The notes below the pieces were generated by a model. That model ran no database searches and was not told the origin of the DNA. It was given only the letters and a program-made list of their open reading frames with translations. A program made the translations under genes and the position numbers. Below are positions 9,316-18,937 of a stretch of 64,000 nt of DNA, piece after piece. Location: IMG/VR virus record IMGVR_UViG_3300033121_001713, positions 35,475 to 99,474 of that record, one strand, 5' to 3'. Source of the stretch: a virus. Its lineage: Duplodnaviria > Caudoviricetes. The first letter of the stretch is position 1. Each line of letters starts with the position of its first letter.

Positions 9316-9965
9316 TGGAGTTCACCCTGATCAACCCTATTGTCCTTAAGGTCTTCCTTTACAGGAATGATTACACGGATCGGCTGATTCTTGACGAGCT
9401 CAAGAAGATGAATTGCATCTACACCGATCCTAAGACCTTTGGGTCCTTCTACGTGAAGCGCGAAGAGATGTCCCATGTGGTTAGGGGTGTCTTTGAGAAG
9501 GAGTTAGCCATCCAGCGTGCCTTGCCATTGAATCGGCTCTCCGTTTCTGCGTCATCGCTTTTCTTCATCGATAGCCTGATAGAACAGTATCACAGGCTGA
9601 AGCACTTTCATGTCCTCACGATCGATGACGAGCAGTTCTCGAGGATGATAGATGGTGAGATCAACTTTGACTATCGGATCGATCTTTCGAAGATCGATCT
9701 CTCGATAGCCATTGAGACTCAATACCTACACCACTTCAAGAACGCTTTCAAGGCAATCGAAGTCTACGATCACACTCAGCCATACTACAACCGAGCCCCT
9801 TACTTCGAGATCTTTACCAGGGATTTGATCCAGAAACTTGAGCTCTATGCGACTGAGTTTCCTGAAGATTCCGACGAGCACAGCAATATCAAATCCATTC
9901 TTTCTTACTTCACAAACAAGCTCCAACAGGACAATTCGCAGCTCCTGATCATCATGGAGAGATGA
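9315..9965 (+). CDS. Hypothetical protein
   Basis: 216-aa ORF, TGATG coupling. Confidence 0.75.
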   Translation: MEFTLINPIVLKVFLYRNDYTDRLILDELKKMNCIYTDPKTFGSFYVKREEMSHVVRGVFEKELAIQRALPLNRLSVSASSLFFIDSLIEQYHRLKHFHVLTIDDEQFSRMIDGEINFDYRIDLSKIDLSIAIETQYLHHFKNAFKAIEVYDHTQPYYNRAPYFEIFTRDLIQKLELYATEFPEDSDEHSNIKSILSYFTNKLQQDNSQLLIIMER

Positions 9966-9973
9966 CTCCGGGC

Positions 9974-10000
9974 GATACATAGGCCTAAACGGCTTAGGCC
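9974..10000 (+). promoter_or_regulatory. Putative late promoter GATACATAG followed by a 7-bp hairpin
   Basis: GATACATAG 9974-9982; ggcctaa-acggc-ttaggcc 9982-10000; GTG at 10003. Confidence 0.6.
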
Positions 10001-10002
10001 CA

Positions 10003-10590
10003 GTGGATTTCCAAACTGTCGCTACAGTCATCTCAACCGCAGGTACCTTAGGGCTTGGCGGTTGGTTCATCAAATACAGAGCTGATTCCAGGAGGGCCAA
10101 GGCTCTTGATCACGAGAGCCTGATAGCAGAGCTTACTAGGATCACCGAAGAGAGGGAAAAGGACTGCGATCGCAAGCTCAAGTCTCAGCAGGAGCAGATA
10201 GACCTGCTAAGGGCTCGCGTAAACATCCTCAACTTTACCACCGCGGTCTCTTCGCTTCCACACTGGTGGAAAGATATCGAAGGCCGATACCTAGAGGTCG
10301 ATCGGGCATTCGAGGTCTCTATCGCTGCTCCGCTTGGCAAGAAGCGCGAGGATTTCATTGGACACCTAGACGAGGAGATTTTCGAGAACAAGGACCTTTC
10401 GAATGAGCTTCAATCAATCGACCTGGATGCACTGATGAGCTCTTCGAAAGCGACCGTCAGGAAGAACGTTCGATTCCATGAGAGCTTGCCTCTCTACACG
10501 ATCCTCAAGGAAGTGCTCACATTCGATCACTTGGGCGGCCGCGTAGGTTACGCCGGAATCGCATACCCTCAGACCGATGACCAAGACTGA
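10003..10590 (+). CDS. Membrane-anchored PAS-domain protein (holin/antiholin-like candidate)
   Basis: N-terminal hydrophobic segment, coiled coil, then HWWKDIEGRYLEVDRAFE...GKKREDFIGH (PAS_4-like). Confidence 0.65.
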   Translation: MDFQTVATVISTAGTLGLGGWFIKYRADSRRAKALDHESLIAELTRITEEREKDCDRKLKSQQEQIDLLRARVNILNFTTAVSSLPHWWKDIEGRYLEVDRAFEVSIAAPLGKKREDFIGHLDEEIFENKDLSNELQSIDLDALMSSSKATVRKNVRFHESLPLYTILKEVLTFDHLGGRVGYAGIAYPQTDDQD

Positions 10591-12383
10591 TGCGCTATCG
10601 AGTTCAGATCACAGGCAACAATTCTACCAGGAACTCTGGTGACACTCTCGTCATAGAGTTCAACAGCGCCCTTGCGTCCGTTTCATCGGTAGCTTCGGTT
10701 GACGTAGAGTTCGAGCCATGGCCGCTTCCATCCAATGCGTGGCATGATATCGAGCTGAGATGGTCACATGACAAGATGTCATGGTCAGCGTGGGCCCCTT
10801 ACATTACCAATAACTCAAGGGACTCTGCGATCCTTCAAAAGGTAGTCGATACGGGTAGGGACTTCTTCATTCAACTCAAGGCGATCAGGGCTGGGGTCGA
10901 CACGACTGAGCTCAACGCTACGGCGGCTACGATCATCTACTCAGAAGGAGAAGAGCCAGAGGAGGCCCTGGAATCGCCGTTCAACGAGAGCAATTGTTCT
11001 GCCTCTTCGTGCTTGTCTACCAATTACTGCAACGGCTTCAATCTGTCATGTGATCCTTCTGCCCTGTTTCGGCCATACGACTCGATGGGTCCAGCGATCA
11101 AGATGTTCCATGATCTCAATTGCGTGGCAGCTGAGATCTATGGGATCTGTGTTCGCTATTTCAGGGTAGAGCCGCTTGAGGAGTCGGCCGATGCCGTATT
11201 GAAAGAGTACTCGATCTTCGATGCAACCGATGTCAAGGACATCAAGGTCATGGTCCCAAACAACGAGATCCCAGATAACCGGTTCACTTACACTGAGCTG
11301 GACATGGATTTCATGGTGGATGGATTCGAGATCCAAATCGTTCCACAGCATTTCGAGAGAGCATTTGGCAAGGGAAAGTTTCCACAGGAGAACGATTTCA
11401 TCTACATACCCATCATAGATCGGCTATTTGAGGTGAACTCATCTTATCTCTTTAGGTCATTCATGGCGGAGCCTGCTTATCACAAGGTGATGCTATACAA
11501 GGCCAATGACAAGACCAACGTCCTCAAGGATCGAGCGAGGCCGGAGATCGGTGAGGCCGTCGAAGATATGACTGTCAGCTTTGAGGATATCCTCAGAAAG
11601 GATATCGACGAAGAAGCTGATCGGATAACAAAGCCTCTACAGTACAAGACGATATCGATCGGTGGCTATGACCACGTAAGGTCGGCGATCAACGAGACTC
11701 TGGAGATAAAAGAAGAGGACGTCTATAACTACTTCACGCTGATATCGAAGTATCGCTATGATATGTCAAGCGTTGAGCACGATCAGTTAGCAGTCAGGTA
11801 CAAGGCCAAGGTGCCTTCCACAGATAGGGTCGCTTTCTCTTTCTGGATTCAGCCTACAAAGTCTACGCTCGATCATCCTACCGACATCATCTTGACTAAT
11901 GCCACTGGTGCATCTGGGATGTCTCTTTCCCTCGACTATGGCCTTACCGGTCCAACTGGATCGCAGATCATCGCTCCAGTATCAGCGAACCTTACGATCG
12001 GTGCTTCTTCCTTTGCATTCGATAACCTAACAACGGTTGCAGGCCAGTGGTATGGATTCGTTCTCAATGTGATGCCATCATTCGGACAAGTGGAACTCTC
12101 GATCTGGGAAATGAAACCTGCGAGCGAGAAGACTACTGCCCTCAGATTGGCATATCACAGGGTCAGAGACTGTGATCCAACGACAACAATAACTTCCGAA
12201 GATTCGATCTCACTCCCTGGATCTGATTGTCTTCTTACGAGCATCAGGCTTTGGAAGGAGAGCATCGAGGAGGAGAAGCAACCGACCATCCTTAACCAAT
12301 ATGTGGTCAAGGATTCCCACCTAAGTTCAATGATAGATGACTGCATCCCGCCGCTTAGGATGCACAAACAGTACAACAGATGA
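10590..12383 (+). CDS. Neck/head-completion protein (gp14-like core) with extra N- and C-terminal beta domains
   Basis: YGICVRYF...DAVLKEY...FEIQI..HFERAFG...PQENDFIYIPIIDRLFEV; C-terminal LamG-like pattern (FSFWIQP, QWYGFV, SIRLW). Confidence 0.7.
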   Translation: MRYRVQITGNNSTRNSGDTLVIEFNSALASVSSVASVDVEFEPWPLPSNAWHDIELRWSHDKMSWSAWAPYITNNSRDSAILQKVVDTGRDFFIQLKAIRAGVDTTELNATAATIIYSEGEEPEEALESPFNESNCSASSCLSTNYCNGFNLSCDPSALFRPYDSMGPAIKMFHDLNCVAAEIYGICVRYFRVEPLEESADAVLKEYSIFDATDVKDIKVMVPNNEIPDNRFTYTELDMDFMVDGFEIQIVPQHFERAFGKGKFPQENDFIYIPIIDRLFEVNSSYLFRSFMAEPAYHKVMLYKANDKTNVLKDRARPEIGEAVEDMTVSFEDILRKDIDEEADRITKPLQYKTISIGGYDHVRSAINETLEIKEEDVYNYFTLISKYRYDMSSVEHDQLAVRYKAKVPSTDRVAFSFWIQPTKSTLDHPTDIILTNATGASGMSLSLDYGLTGPTGSQIIAPVSANLTIGASSFAFDNLTTVAGQWYGFVLNVMPSFGQVELSIWEMKPASEKTTALRLAYHRVRDCDPTTTITSEDSISLPGSDCLLTSIRLWKESIEEEKQPTILNQYVVKDSHLSSMIDDCIPPLRMHKQYNR

Positions 12384-13081
12384 CCGGTAGCACAGGGGCA
12401 AATACACAGAAGCAGCAGCTGGACGATGAGATCGATGCTCTGCTCAAGGATTCAGCAGCGGTCGTGATGTCGATTGGGCCTGACGATATCGCCCAAGGCC
12501 CAAGCGCCGGAACACTTCCGGCGTTTCTTCAGATCAATCCGATCGACGCTTCGCTCGAAGAGAAGAGGGCGAGGAAATCGGCGGCCAAGGCCATAGACTC
12601 GCTCCTGAGATTCTATCTCAGCGAAGATGTCATCGATCAGAACGATTACATCAAGGCCAAGGCCAGGTTGGCCTCCATGCAACTCTCGACGTTGGTATAC
12701 CAGCTCAAAGTCGCAGAAAGCGCAATCACAACCCTCTATAAGGAGATCCATTCCGGTAACATGGGGCCTCGAATGTTTGAAGTCTTGGCTACCATGCAGA
12801 GGTCTGTCATCGACATACTCAAGCTACAGACGCTGCACATGATCGCTACGGAGGAAGGCACGAAGAAACTCAAGGCAGATCTCGATTTCGGTCGAGAGAA
12901 GGGAACTGTCACCATCGAGGGAACTGGATCGAGGCTCACTAGGGGATCCAGGGAATTGATGCGTGGGATCCAGGCAGAGCTATCGAGGGACGAGTCTTTC
13001 GACGAAGGAGAAAGCGCAGTTGACGACTCAGATATAGCTGACATTCCTGGAGACGAAGAAATGGACGATCTCGATAGCTGA
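12380..13081 (+). CDS. Terminase small subunit (gp16-like)
   Basis: GPRMFEVLATM motif as in T4-like gp16; directly upstream of the large terminase. Confidence 0.65.
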   Translation: MTGSTGANTQKQQLDDEIDALLKDSAAVVMSIGPDDIAQGPSAGTLPAFLQINPIDASLEEKRARKSAAKAIDSLLRFYLSEDVIDQNDYIKAKARLASMQLSTLVYQLKVAESAITTLYKEIHSGNMGPRMFEVLATMQRSVIDILKLQTLHMIATEEGTKKLKADLDFGREKGTVTIEGTGSRLTRGSRELMRGIQAELSRDESFDEGESAVDDSDIADIPGDEEMDDLDS

Positions 13082-14925
13082 TGTACGATAAGGCCAAGAA
13101 GAAATCAGTCGACGATGATTCAGGCAGAGTAATCTGGACCAGTGAAAAGGTCGAGAAGGCTCTGAAGGCGTTCGATGAGGGATATGACCTCAAGGACAGC
13201 CCATTCTATGAGAAGAAGACAGTCTATCGCAAAGGTAACTTAGTCTACGAATACACGGATCTCGAGATCGCAGAGATCAAGCGCTGCGCCAAGGACATCA
13301 TCTATTTTGCCAACACCTATTGTCAGGTGATGACAGACGATGGGTACCAGAAAGTAGTTCTGCGCGATTACCAAGAGGAGATCCTGAGGAATTACAAGGA
13401 TCATCGTTTCAACATCCTACTGGCTTCTAGGCAGATTGGCAAGACCATCACCACTGGCATTTTCCTTGTTTGGTACATGCTCTTCAATATCGACAGGAAT
13501 GTGCTATTGATGACTAACAAGGGTGAGACCACCAAGGAAGTCATCGATAAGATCAAGGCTATCGTTGAAGGCCTTCCGTTCTTCATGAAGCCCGGCATAC
13601 TCAAGCTCGACGTCATGTCGATGAGGTTCGATAACGGATGTAGGCTGATTGGCCAGAACACGACCAAGAGAGGAGGTATCGGTTTCACCATTCATCTTCT
13701 CTTCCTGGACGAGTTCGCCCACATCCATGAAAGCATCAAGGATGAGTTTTACGAGAACGTCTATCCGGTGTTATCCTCGTCGAAGGTCTCAAAGATTGTC
13801 ATAACTAGCACTCCTAACGGCGAGGACAAGTTCCATGACATTTACATGGCGGCCACAGAGGGCACCAACGAGTATCACTCATATCGAGTGGACTGGTGGC
13901 AGGCCCCTGGGCACGACGAGGAATGGAAGCGAAAGCAGATTCTCAATCTCGGCTCCGAAGAGGCCTTCAACCAGCAGTTTGGCAACATGTTCCTCTCTTC
14001 GGAGAGGCTGTTGCTTTCATCGACCGAGCTCAAGAAGATTATGTCGGATCAGGTCCAATTCGAGTTCAGGGAGTTCGAAGACCTGGATGACCTTGGCCTC
14101 GATTATAGCAGCCTCAAGTGGTTGCCTAGCTTCGACGAAAGCGAGTTTCAGACTGGCTTCTTTGCTGTCTCGGTCGATATAGCAGAAGGCATAGGCAGAG
14201 ATCACAGTGTCATCAACATCTTTAGGATCAAGCCGATGGATGACGATGACATAGACAGGATCGAATCACCGGCATCCATTTACGAATTCTTCACGCTCGA
14301 GCAGATCGGCGTGTTCAGGAGCAACACATTGGATCCGGACGATTTCGCGAAAGTGCTCTACACAATCCTTGTCAAGATCCTTAACCAGGACAATACGAGG
14401 CTTGTCATCGAGTACAACACGTATGGCAGGGAGCTCATCAAGAACCTCTTCACAATCTATCCATCATCCAATCAGCTAGATGATGAGGTGCTCGTCAAGT
14501 ATCTCCATACTGTCTCTGGCGTCAACAAGAAGGTCGGCGTCAGGCTGAATGCGGATAACAAGAAGGTGTTCTGTGAAAAATCCAAGAGGGCCATCAGGGA
14601 TGGAAAGCTCAGGATCCACGATAAGTTCACCGTCGACGAGTTCAAGACGTTTGCTAGGTCGAAGAATGGCACGTATTCAGCGCAAGGCAAGCGCCATGAT
14701 GACCTTGTGATGACATGCGTCGAAGTTGTCACCTTCTTAGATACAGCCGACTTCAAGGAGATCGCTGAAGACATGCTAGAGACGATCGATGAGGAGAAAA
14801 GGGCCAAGATCGAAAGCCTAGTGGATCAGTTCGATCACGAAGACGAAGACTCGGATTCTCCAGACATGAAGGATTTCTTTGGCTTTCAATCGGGTTTGCC
14901 AGACGACAGTTTTGGAATTGTCTGA
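13081..14925 (+). CDS. gp17: Terminase large subunit
   Basis: LRDYQ, SRQIGKT, LFLDEFAH, ITSTPNG, VDIAEGIGRD, HDDLVM. Confidence 0.97.
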   Translation: MYDKAKKKSVDDDSGRVIWTSEKVEKALKAFDEGYDLKDSPFYEKKTVYRKGNLVYEYTDLEIAEIKRCAKDIIYFANTYCQVMTDDGYQKVVLRDYQEEILRNYKDHRFNILLASRQIGKTITTGIFLVWYMLFNIDRNVLLMTNKGETTKEVIDKIKAIVEGLPFFMKPGILKLDVMSMRFDNGCRLIGQNTTKRGGIGFTIHLLFLDEFAHIHESIKDEFYENVYPVLSSSKVSKIVITSTPNGEDKFHDIYMAATEGTNEYHSYRVDWWQAPGHDEEWKRKQILNLGSEEAFNQQFGNMFLSSERLLLSSTELKKIMSDQVQFEFREFEDLDDLGLDYSSLKWLPSFDESEFQTGFFAVSVDIAEGIGRDHSVINIFRIKPMDDDDIDRIESPASIYEFFTLEQIGVFRSNTLDPDDFAKVLYTILVKILNQDNTRLVIEYNTYGRELIKNLFTIYPSSNQLDDEVLVKYLHTVSGVNKKVGVRLNADNKKVFCEKSKRAIRDGKLRIHDKFTVDEFKTFARSKNGTYSAQGKRHDDLVMTCVEVVTFLDTADFKEIAEDMLETIDEEKRAKIESLVDQFDHEDEDSDSPDMKDFFGFQSGLPDDSFGIV

Positions 14926-14945
14926 GTAGATCGGCGCCCCGGGCA

Positions 14946-14954
14946 GATACATAC
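14946..14954 (+). promoter_or_regulatory. Putative late promoter GATACATAC
   Basis: Intergenic, 22 nt before the sheath ATG. Confidence 0.7.
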
Positions 14955-14976
14955 GTCAAACAAATAGTGGCGCTTC

Positions 14977-17900
14977 ATGGCAATCTCACCTAGCCTGTCA
15001 AAGTTCGTTTCGAGCGGAGTCTACAGGCTCGTCATCGATCGAAGCCAGGTCATCAACAACATCTCCCAGACCCTGAGGCTGATAATCGGCTTCTCGAAGA
15101 AAGGTCCTTTCAACACCCCAGTGTTCGTTCAGGATTCGGTTTTCTTCAAGGCGATCTTCGGAGAAATTGACCTGCAGCTCGAAAGAAAGGGTTCGTTCTT
15201 CCATAGGACGGTCCTAACCTGTCTCGAGCGAGGCCCTGTCGTAGTCTTGAACCTGTTGAATCTTGACAACGATGTCGACAAGGCTGACTTCCGTTCGGTC
15301 TCTACCGCAGCATGGCAAGCCAACTCGAGCAGGGTCAATACCGCAGTCTCGAATTTCTTCAACAAGGACAAGTTCTGGTTCTCCGATCCTAAGGCCTTGA
15401 TCGCTACCGCGGCTGATACCGATGTACAGAGCGCAGTGGCCAATAGGCTCCTGAACATCGCGAATACCGGTCGCAAAACGATCTCGGTCATCACCAAGAA
15501 GTCAGACATCCTGGGCTTCGATGCCATCGCCAAGGATTACTTCGGTGCTGGTAAGGTGCCAGAGTTCATGAAAGACAACGACTACATCTACGATTACCTC
15601 GTAGACGTCATCGTCGTGGAAGGAGATTTCTCCGACTACACCGCTCTCTCATTGGATCCGGTGTTCGGCCCTTATTTCGATTCGACCGGTCTCAAGAAGA
15701 CCTATGTCGATCAGTTCGGATTCGAGAGGGACGGCCTCGATGCATTCCTCTCCCTCGAGAACGTCAACGTGCTCGGCGTTTACACTGGCGCAATGATCCC
15801 TGATTTCATCACGAAGTCCGGTGAACCAATCTATATCGAGGACATTGTCAACCGCGAGACCAGCAAGACTGGCCTCCTGCTCTCTATCGATCGCCAGGTC
15901 TTCGACGATGAACCAGAAACTATCTCTGGAGACAGGCTTGATCTGGTCGGTCATACGCTGGAATCCGAACAGCCTGCTCTGCTAGATTTCATGTCCTACT
16001 ATGGGACCATTTCTGGAACCTCCGGTTTCACTGGTTCAACCGGTATCACTTCTCTGATAGTAGCTGCTACTGCCGGCGTCGCAGGAGCCCAGGCCCTTCT
16101 CAGCGCATCTACTGCCCTCCAGGCCGCAGCCGGTTGGACGAACGGTAGGTACGACACGATGACGATCTATGGTCCGTCGGCCACTTTGCCTTCCGGATTC
16201 ACGTCGGCATTCATTTCAGCTGCCGAGATGGCCGCATTCGTCGCCGATATTTCGACGAGCACCTCCTTCGTGAAGGTTGGAGCATCGGCCACCACCGGTT
16301 CGTCTGCCAACTATTCCGACGTCAGCTCCGCGGTTTACTCTTCCACGACCGACACTCTCACGGTGAAAGTGTCCTATCTTGTGAGCGCGAGCGAAGGCGT
16401 CACTGGCCCGACATCGAACTCGAACGGCTTCCTGCATATCCTGGCAACTGGCGCAACGCCTAACGGTGGAACTGCATCGGTTCCGATCATCAAGAAGCTC
16501 GATTTCGTCTTCGCTGCTGGTGGTTGGATCTACGCTGGTAAGGACAGCACCCTCTATCAACAGAATCTGGCCGGTACTTTGACCGATGGCGATGGCGTCA
16601 TCGTGAGCGGCGCCTCATATGGTTACGCTCAGTTCAATCGAGTGCAGACCTTCGATTTCTCTGGCGCCACGTTCTCTGGGGTCTCTTCCTTCGGTTCAGA
16701 GACGCCAACTCTCACCAAGCAGAAGAACTATGTCACCGTCAGGGCTTATGACAACAACGATTTCACTGGTGCGACTTCCATCGCTGCTGCGACTTCGTAT
16801 GTCTTCAGGAGCTTCACTGGCGATCTGAACGAGTCCTTCGAGGTCTGGGGCGGTACTTCCTACCCAACTCCTACGAACACTGTCTACTTTGACAATGGAT
16901 CTACTGGCCCTCTGGGTCTTGATGGATTCACAGGAGAGATCAGGAAGGGCCAAGGCCTGGTCATGAACTTCGGCGGCACCGGTGGAGCTACATCGATCGA
17001 TCCATTGACTGGAAAGTCAAGGCTCACGAAGATCGTCTCTGTTACGGAGTACACCGATCCTACTTCGCCTCTTTACAAGAAGATCAAGGTGGTCACAGTG
17101 GATCCGATCTTCATCAATGGCAACGAAGTTGAGCGCTACAAGAACATCGTCGATTTCGTCGAGCACTACAGGTTCCATGTTCTCAGAGGATACACTCTAA
17201 GGACGGAGCAGATGCCTGACGGCACGGCCACCAGGGAGAATGAAATCCTCCAAGTCCTCTACGACACTGGAATTGCCAACGCATTGGCTGACCGCGAGGT
17301 GGTGCAGTTCAGGTACCTGGTCGACTCTTTCCAAGGCACCATCGAGCCAGGCACCAAGGTTCGCCTCTCGAGGCTGGCCATGAACAGGCAAAACGTCTTG
17401 GCGATCGCTAACATGCCTTCTGTCGAGCAGTTTAGGGAGAGCAAAAACCCGCTATTCAAGTTCGACTCTGCATCTGGTTTCGATGCTCGATACATCAAGG
17501 ATGGCGGTAATCTCGACCTGAATCCGACCAATACGTTCAGCCTACCTGGCATCAACGATGGATCGAATTTCATCGCTTTCTACGGGCCTAACCTCTTGGT
17601 TCGTGAGAGCGGAAAGACGATCTCGATCCCACCGGCTGGACATGTGTCTAACCTGTACATCGACAAATACAACCTCGCCCTGCCATATGCGATCGTCGCC
17701 GGCCCAAGGAGAGGCGTCGTTACTGGCACCGGCCTACAAGGCGTCGAATACAACTTCGATAGGACAGACCTCGATTACATCGAGCCATTCGGATACAATG
17801 CGATCCTCAACAAGAGAGGATTTGGGTTGGTCATCAATGCTAACCAAACTGCCCAACAGAACGTGCTCTCGGCCCTCAGCCAGATCCACGTTCGCGAGTT

Positions 17901-18204
17901 GGTGATCTATGTTCAGGAAGGCATCGAGGCTATTCTCAAGAACTACGTGTGGGAGTTCAATACTCCACAGGTTCGCCTTGAGATCAAGACCCTTGCAGAT
18001 GGTTTCATGAAAGGCATCCTGGCGGATCAGGGAGTATATGACTTCCAGAACGTAATGGATTCCTCGAACAACACCGACGAGGTCATCCAGGACAATAAAG
18101 CCATCCTTGACACCTACATCGAGCCGGTCCGTGGCATGGGAGCTATCATCCATAGGACCATTCTGCTCAAGAAGGGTGTTATAAAAACGGGGAATTTCTT
18201 GTGA
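14977..18204 (+). CDS. gp18: Contractile tail sheath protein with a large Ser/Thr/Gly-rich insertion
   Basis: SSGVYRLVID, GFSKKGPFNTP, PPAGHVS, VAGPRRGV, IHVRELV, WEFNTPQVR, VMDSSNNT. Confidence 0.95.
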   Translation: MAISPSLSKFVSSGVYRLVIDRSQVINNISQTLRLIIGFSKKGPFNTPVFVQDSVFFKAIFGEIDLQLERKGSFFHRTVLTCLERGPVVVLNLLNLDNDVDKADFRSVSTAAWQANSSRVNTAVSNFFNKDKFWFSDPKALIATAADTDVQSAVANRLLNIANTGRKTISVITKKSDILGFDAIAKDYFGAGKVPEFMKDNDYIYDYLVDVIVVEGDFSDYTALSLDPVFGPYFDSTGLKKTYVDQFGFERDGLDAFLSLENVNVLGVYTGAMIPDFITKSGEPIYIEDIVNRETSKTGLLLSIDRQVFDDEPETISGDRLDLVGHTLESEQPALLDFMSYYGTISGTSGFTGSTGITSLIVAATAGVAGAQALLSASTALQAAAGWTNGRYDTMTIYGPSATLPSGFTSAFISAAEMAAFVADISTSTSFVKVGASATTGSSANYSDVSSAVYSSTTDTLTVKVSYLVSASEGVTGPTSNSNGFLHILATGATPNGGTASVPIIKKLDFVFAAGGWIYAGKDSTLYQQNLAGTLTDGDGVIVSGASYGYAQFNRVQTFDFSGATFSGVSSFGSETPTLTKQKNYVTVRAYDNNDFTGATSIAAATSYVFRSFTGDLNESFEVWGGTSYPTPTNTVYFDNGSTGPLGLDGFTGEIRKGQGLVMNFGGTGGATSIDPLTGKSRLTKIVSVTEYTDPTSPLYKKIKVVTVDPIFINGNEVERYKNIVDFVEHYRFHVLRGYTLRTEQMPDGTATRENEILQVLYDTGIANALADREVVQFRYLVDSFQGTIEPGTKVRLSRLAMNRQNVLAIANMPSVEQFRESKNPLFKFDSASGFDARYIKDGGNLDLNPTNTFSLPGINDGSNFIAFYGPNLLVRESGKTISIPPAGHVSNLYIDKYNLALPYAIVAGPRRGVVTGTGLQGVEYNFDRTDLDYIEPFGYNAILNKRGFGLVINANQTAQQNVLSALSQIHVRELVIYVQEGIEAILKNYVWEFNTPQVRLEIKTLADGFMKGILADQGVYDFQNVMDSSNNTDEVIQDNKAILDTYIEPVRGMGAIIHRTILLKKGVIKTGNFL

Positions 18205-18220
18205 CTGTAAGTAATTGAGG

Positions 18221-18937
18221 ATGAACGACTTCTACGTCTACATTCACATTCACCACAGCCAAGGCTACCCGGTGATCTTCTACGTCGGAAAGGGCTTGCG
18301 AAAGCGAGCCTTTTCTGACTTAAGGAACATCTTCTGGCATCGAACTGTGGCCAAATATGGTCCACACGAAGTGATCATCCACAAGGAGAACCTGACCGAA
18401 CAGGAAGCCTTCGATCTCGAAGTCTCCTTGATCAAATCCATCGGCCGTCGAAACAACGGAACTGGCACTCTCGTCAATCTTACGGATGGCGGAGAAGGAT
18501 GTTCTGGTTGGATTCCGACTGCTGAAACCCGGGCCAAGAGGTCTGCTTCGATGATGGGTAAGAACACAGGCCCTAGAGGACCTCTCTCCGAAGCGCACAA
18601 GGCCAAGATGTCCAAGTCAACCAAAGGCCGCAAAATGCCGCCCGAATTCGGCGAACACCTCTCCAAGGTCAAGAAGGGCAAGCCATCCCCGCTCAAGGGC
18701 CGCGAGCGCAGCCCAGAGACGGTCGCCAAGATGAAGGCCGCCTGGGCCAACCGCGAGCGCACCCACAAGCCGCTCTCCGACGAGCAGAGAGTCAACCTCT
18801 CCGCCTTCTGGAAGGGCAAGCCCAAGTCCGAGGATACCAAGGCAAGGATGCGCAGGCCAAAGTCGCCGGAGCACATCGCCAAGATCCAGGCCACTCGAAA
18901 GAGAAACAGGGAGGCCAGGCTGGCCCTTCAACCATGA
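18221..18937 (+). mobile_element. Free-standing GIY-YIG-like/NUMOD3 homing endonuclease
   Basis: FYVYIH...FYVGKG..RA...NLTDGGEG, then NUMOD3-type repeats (ETRAKRS, SEAHKAKMS, ETVAKMK). Confidence 0.88.
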
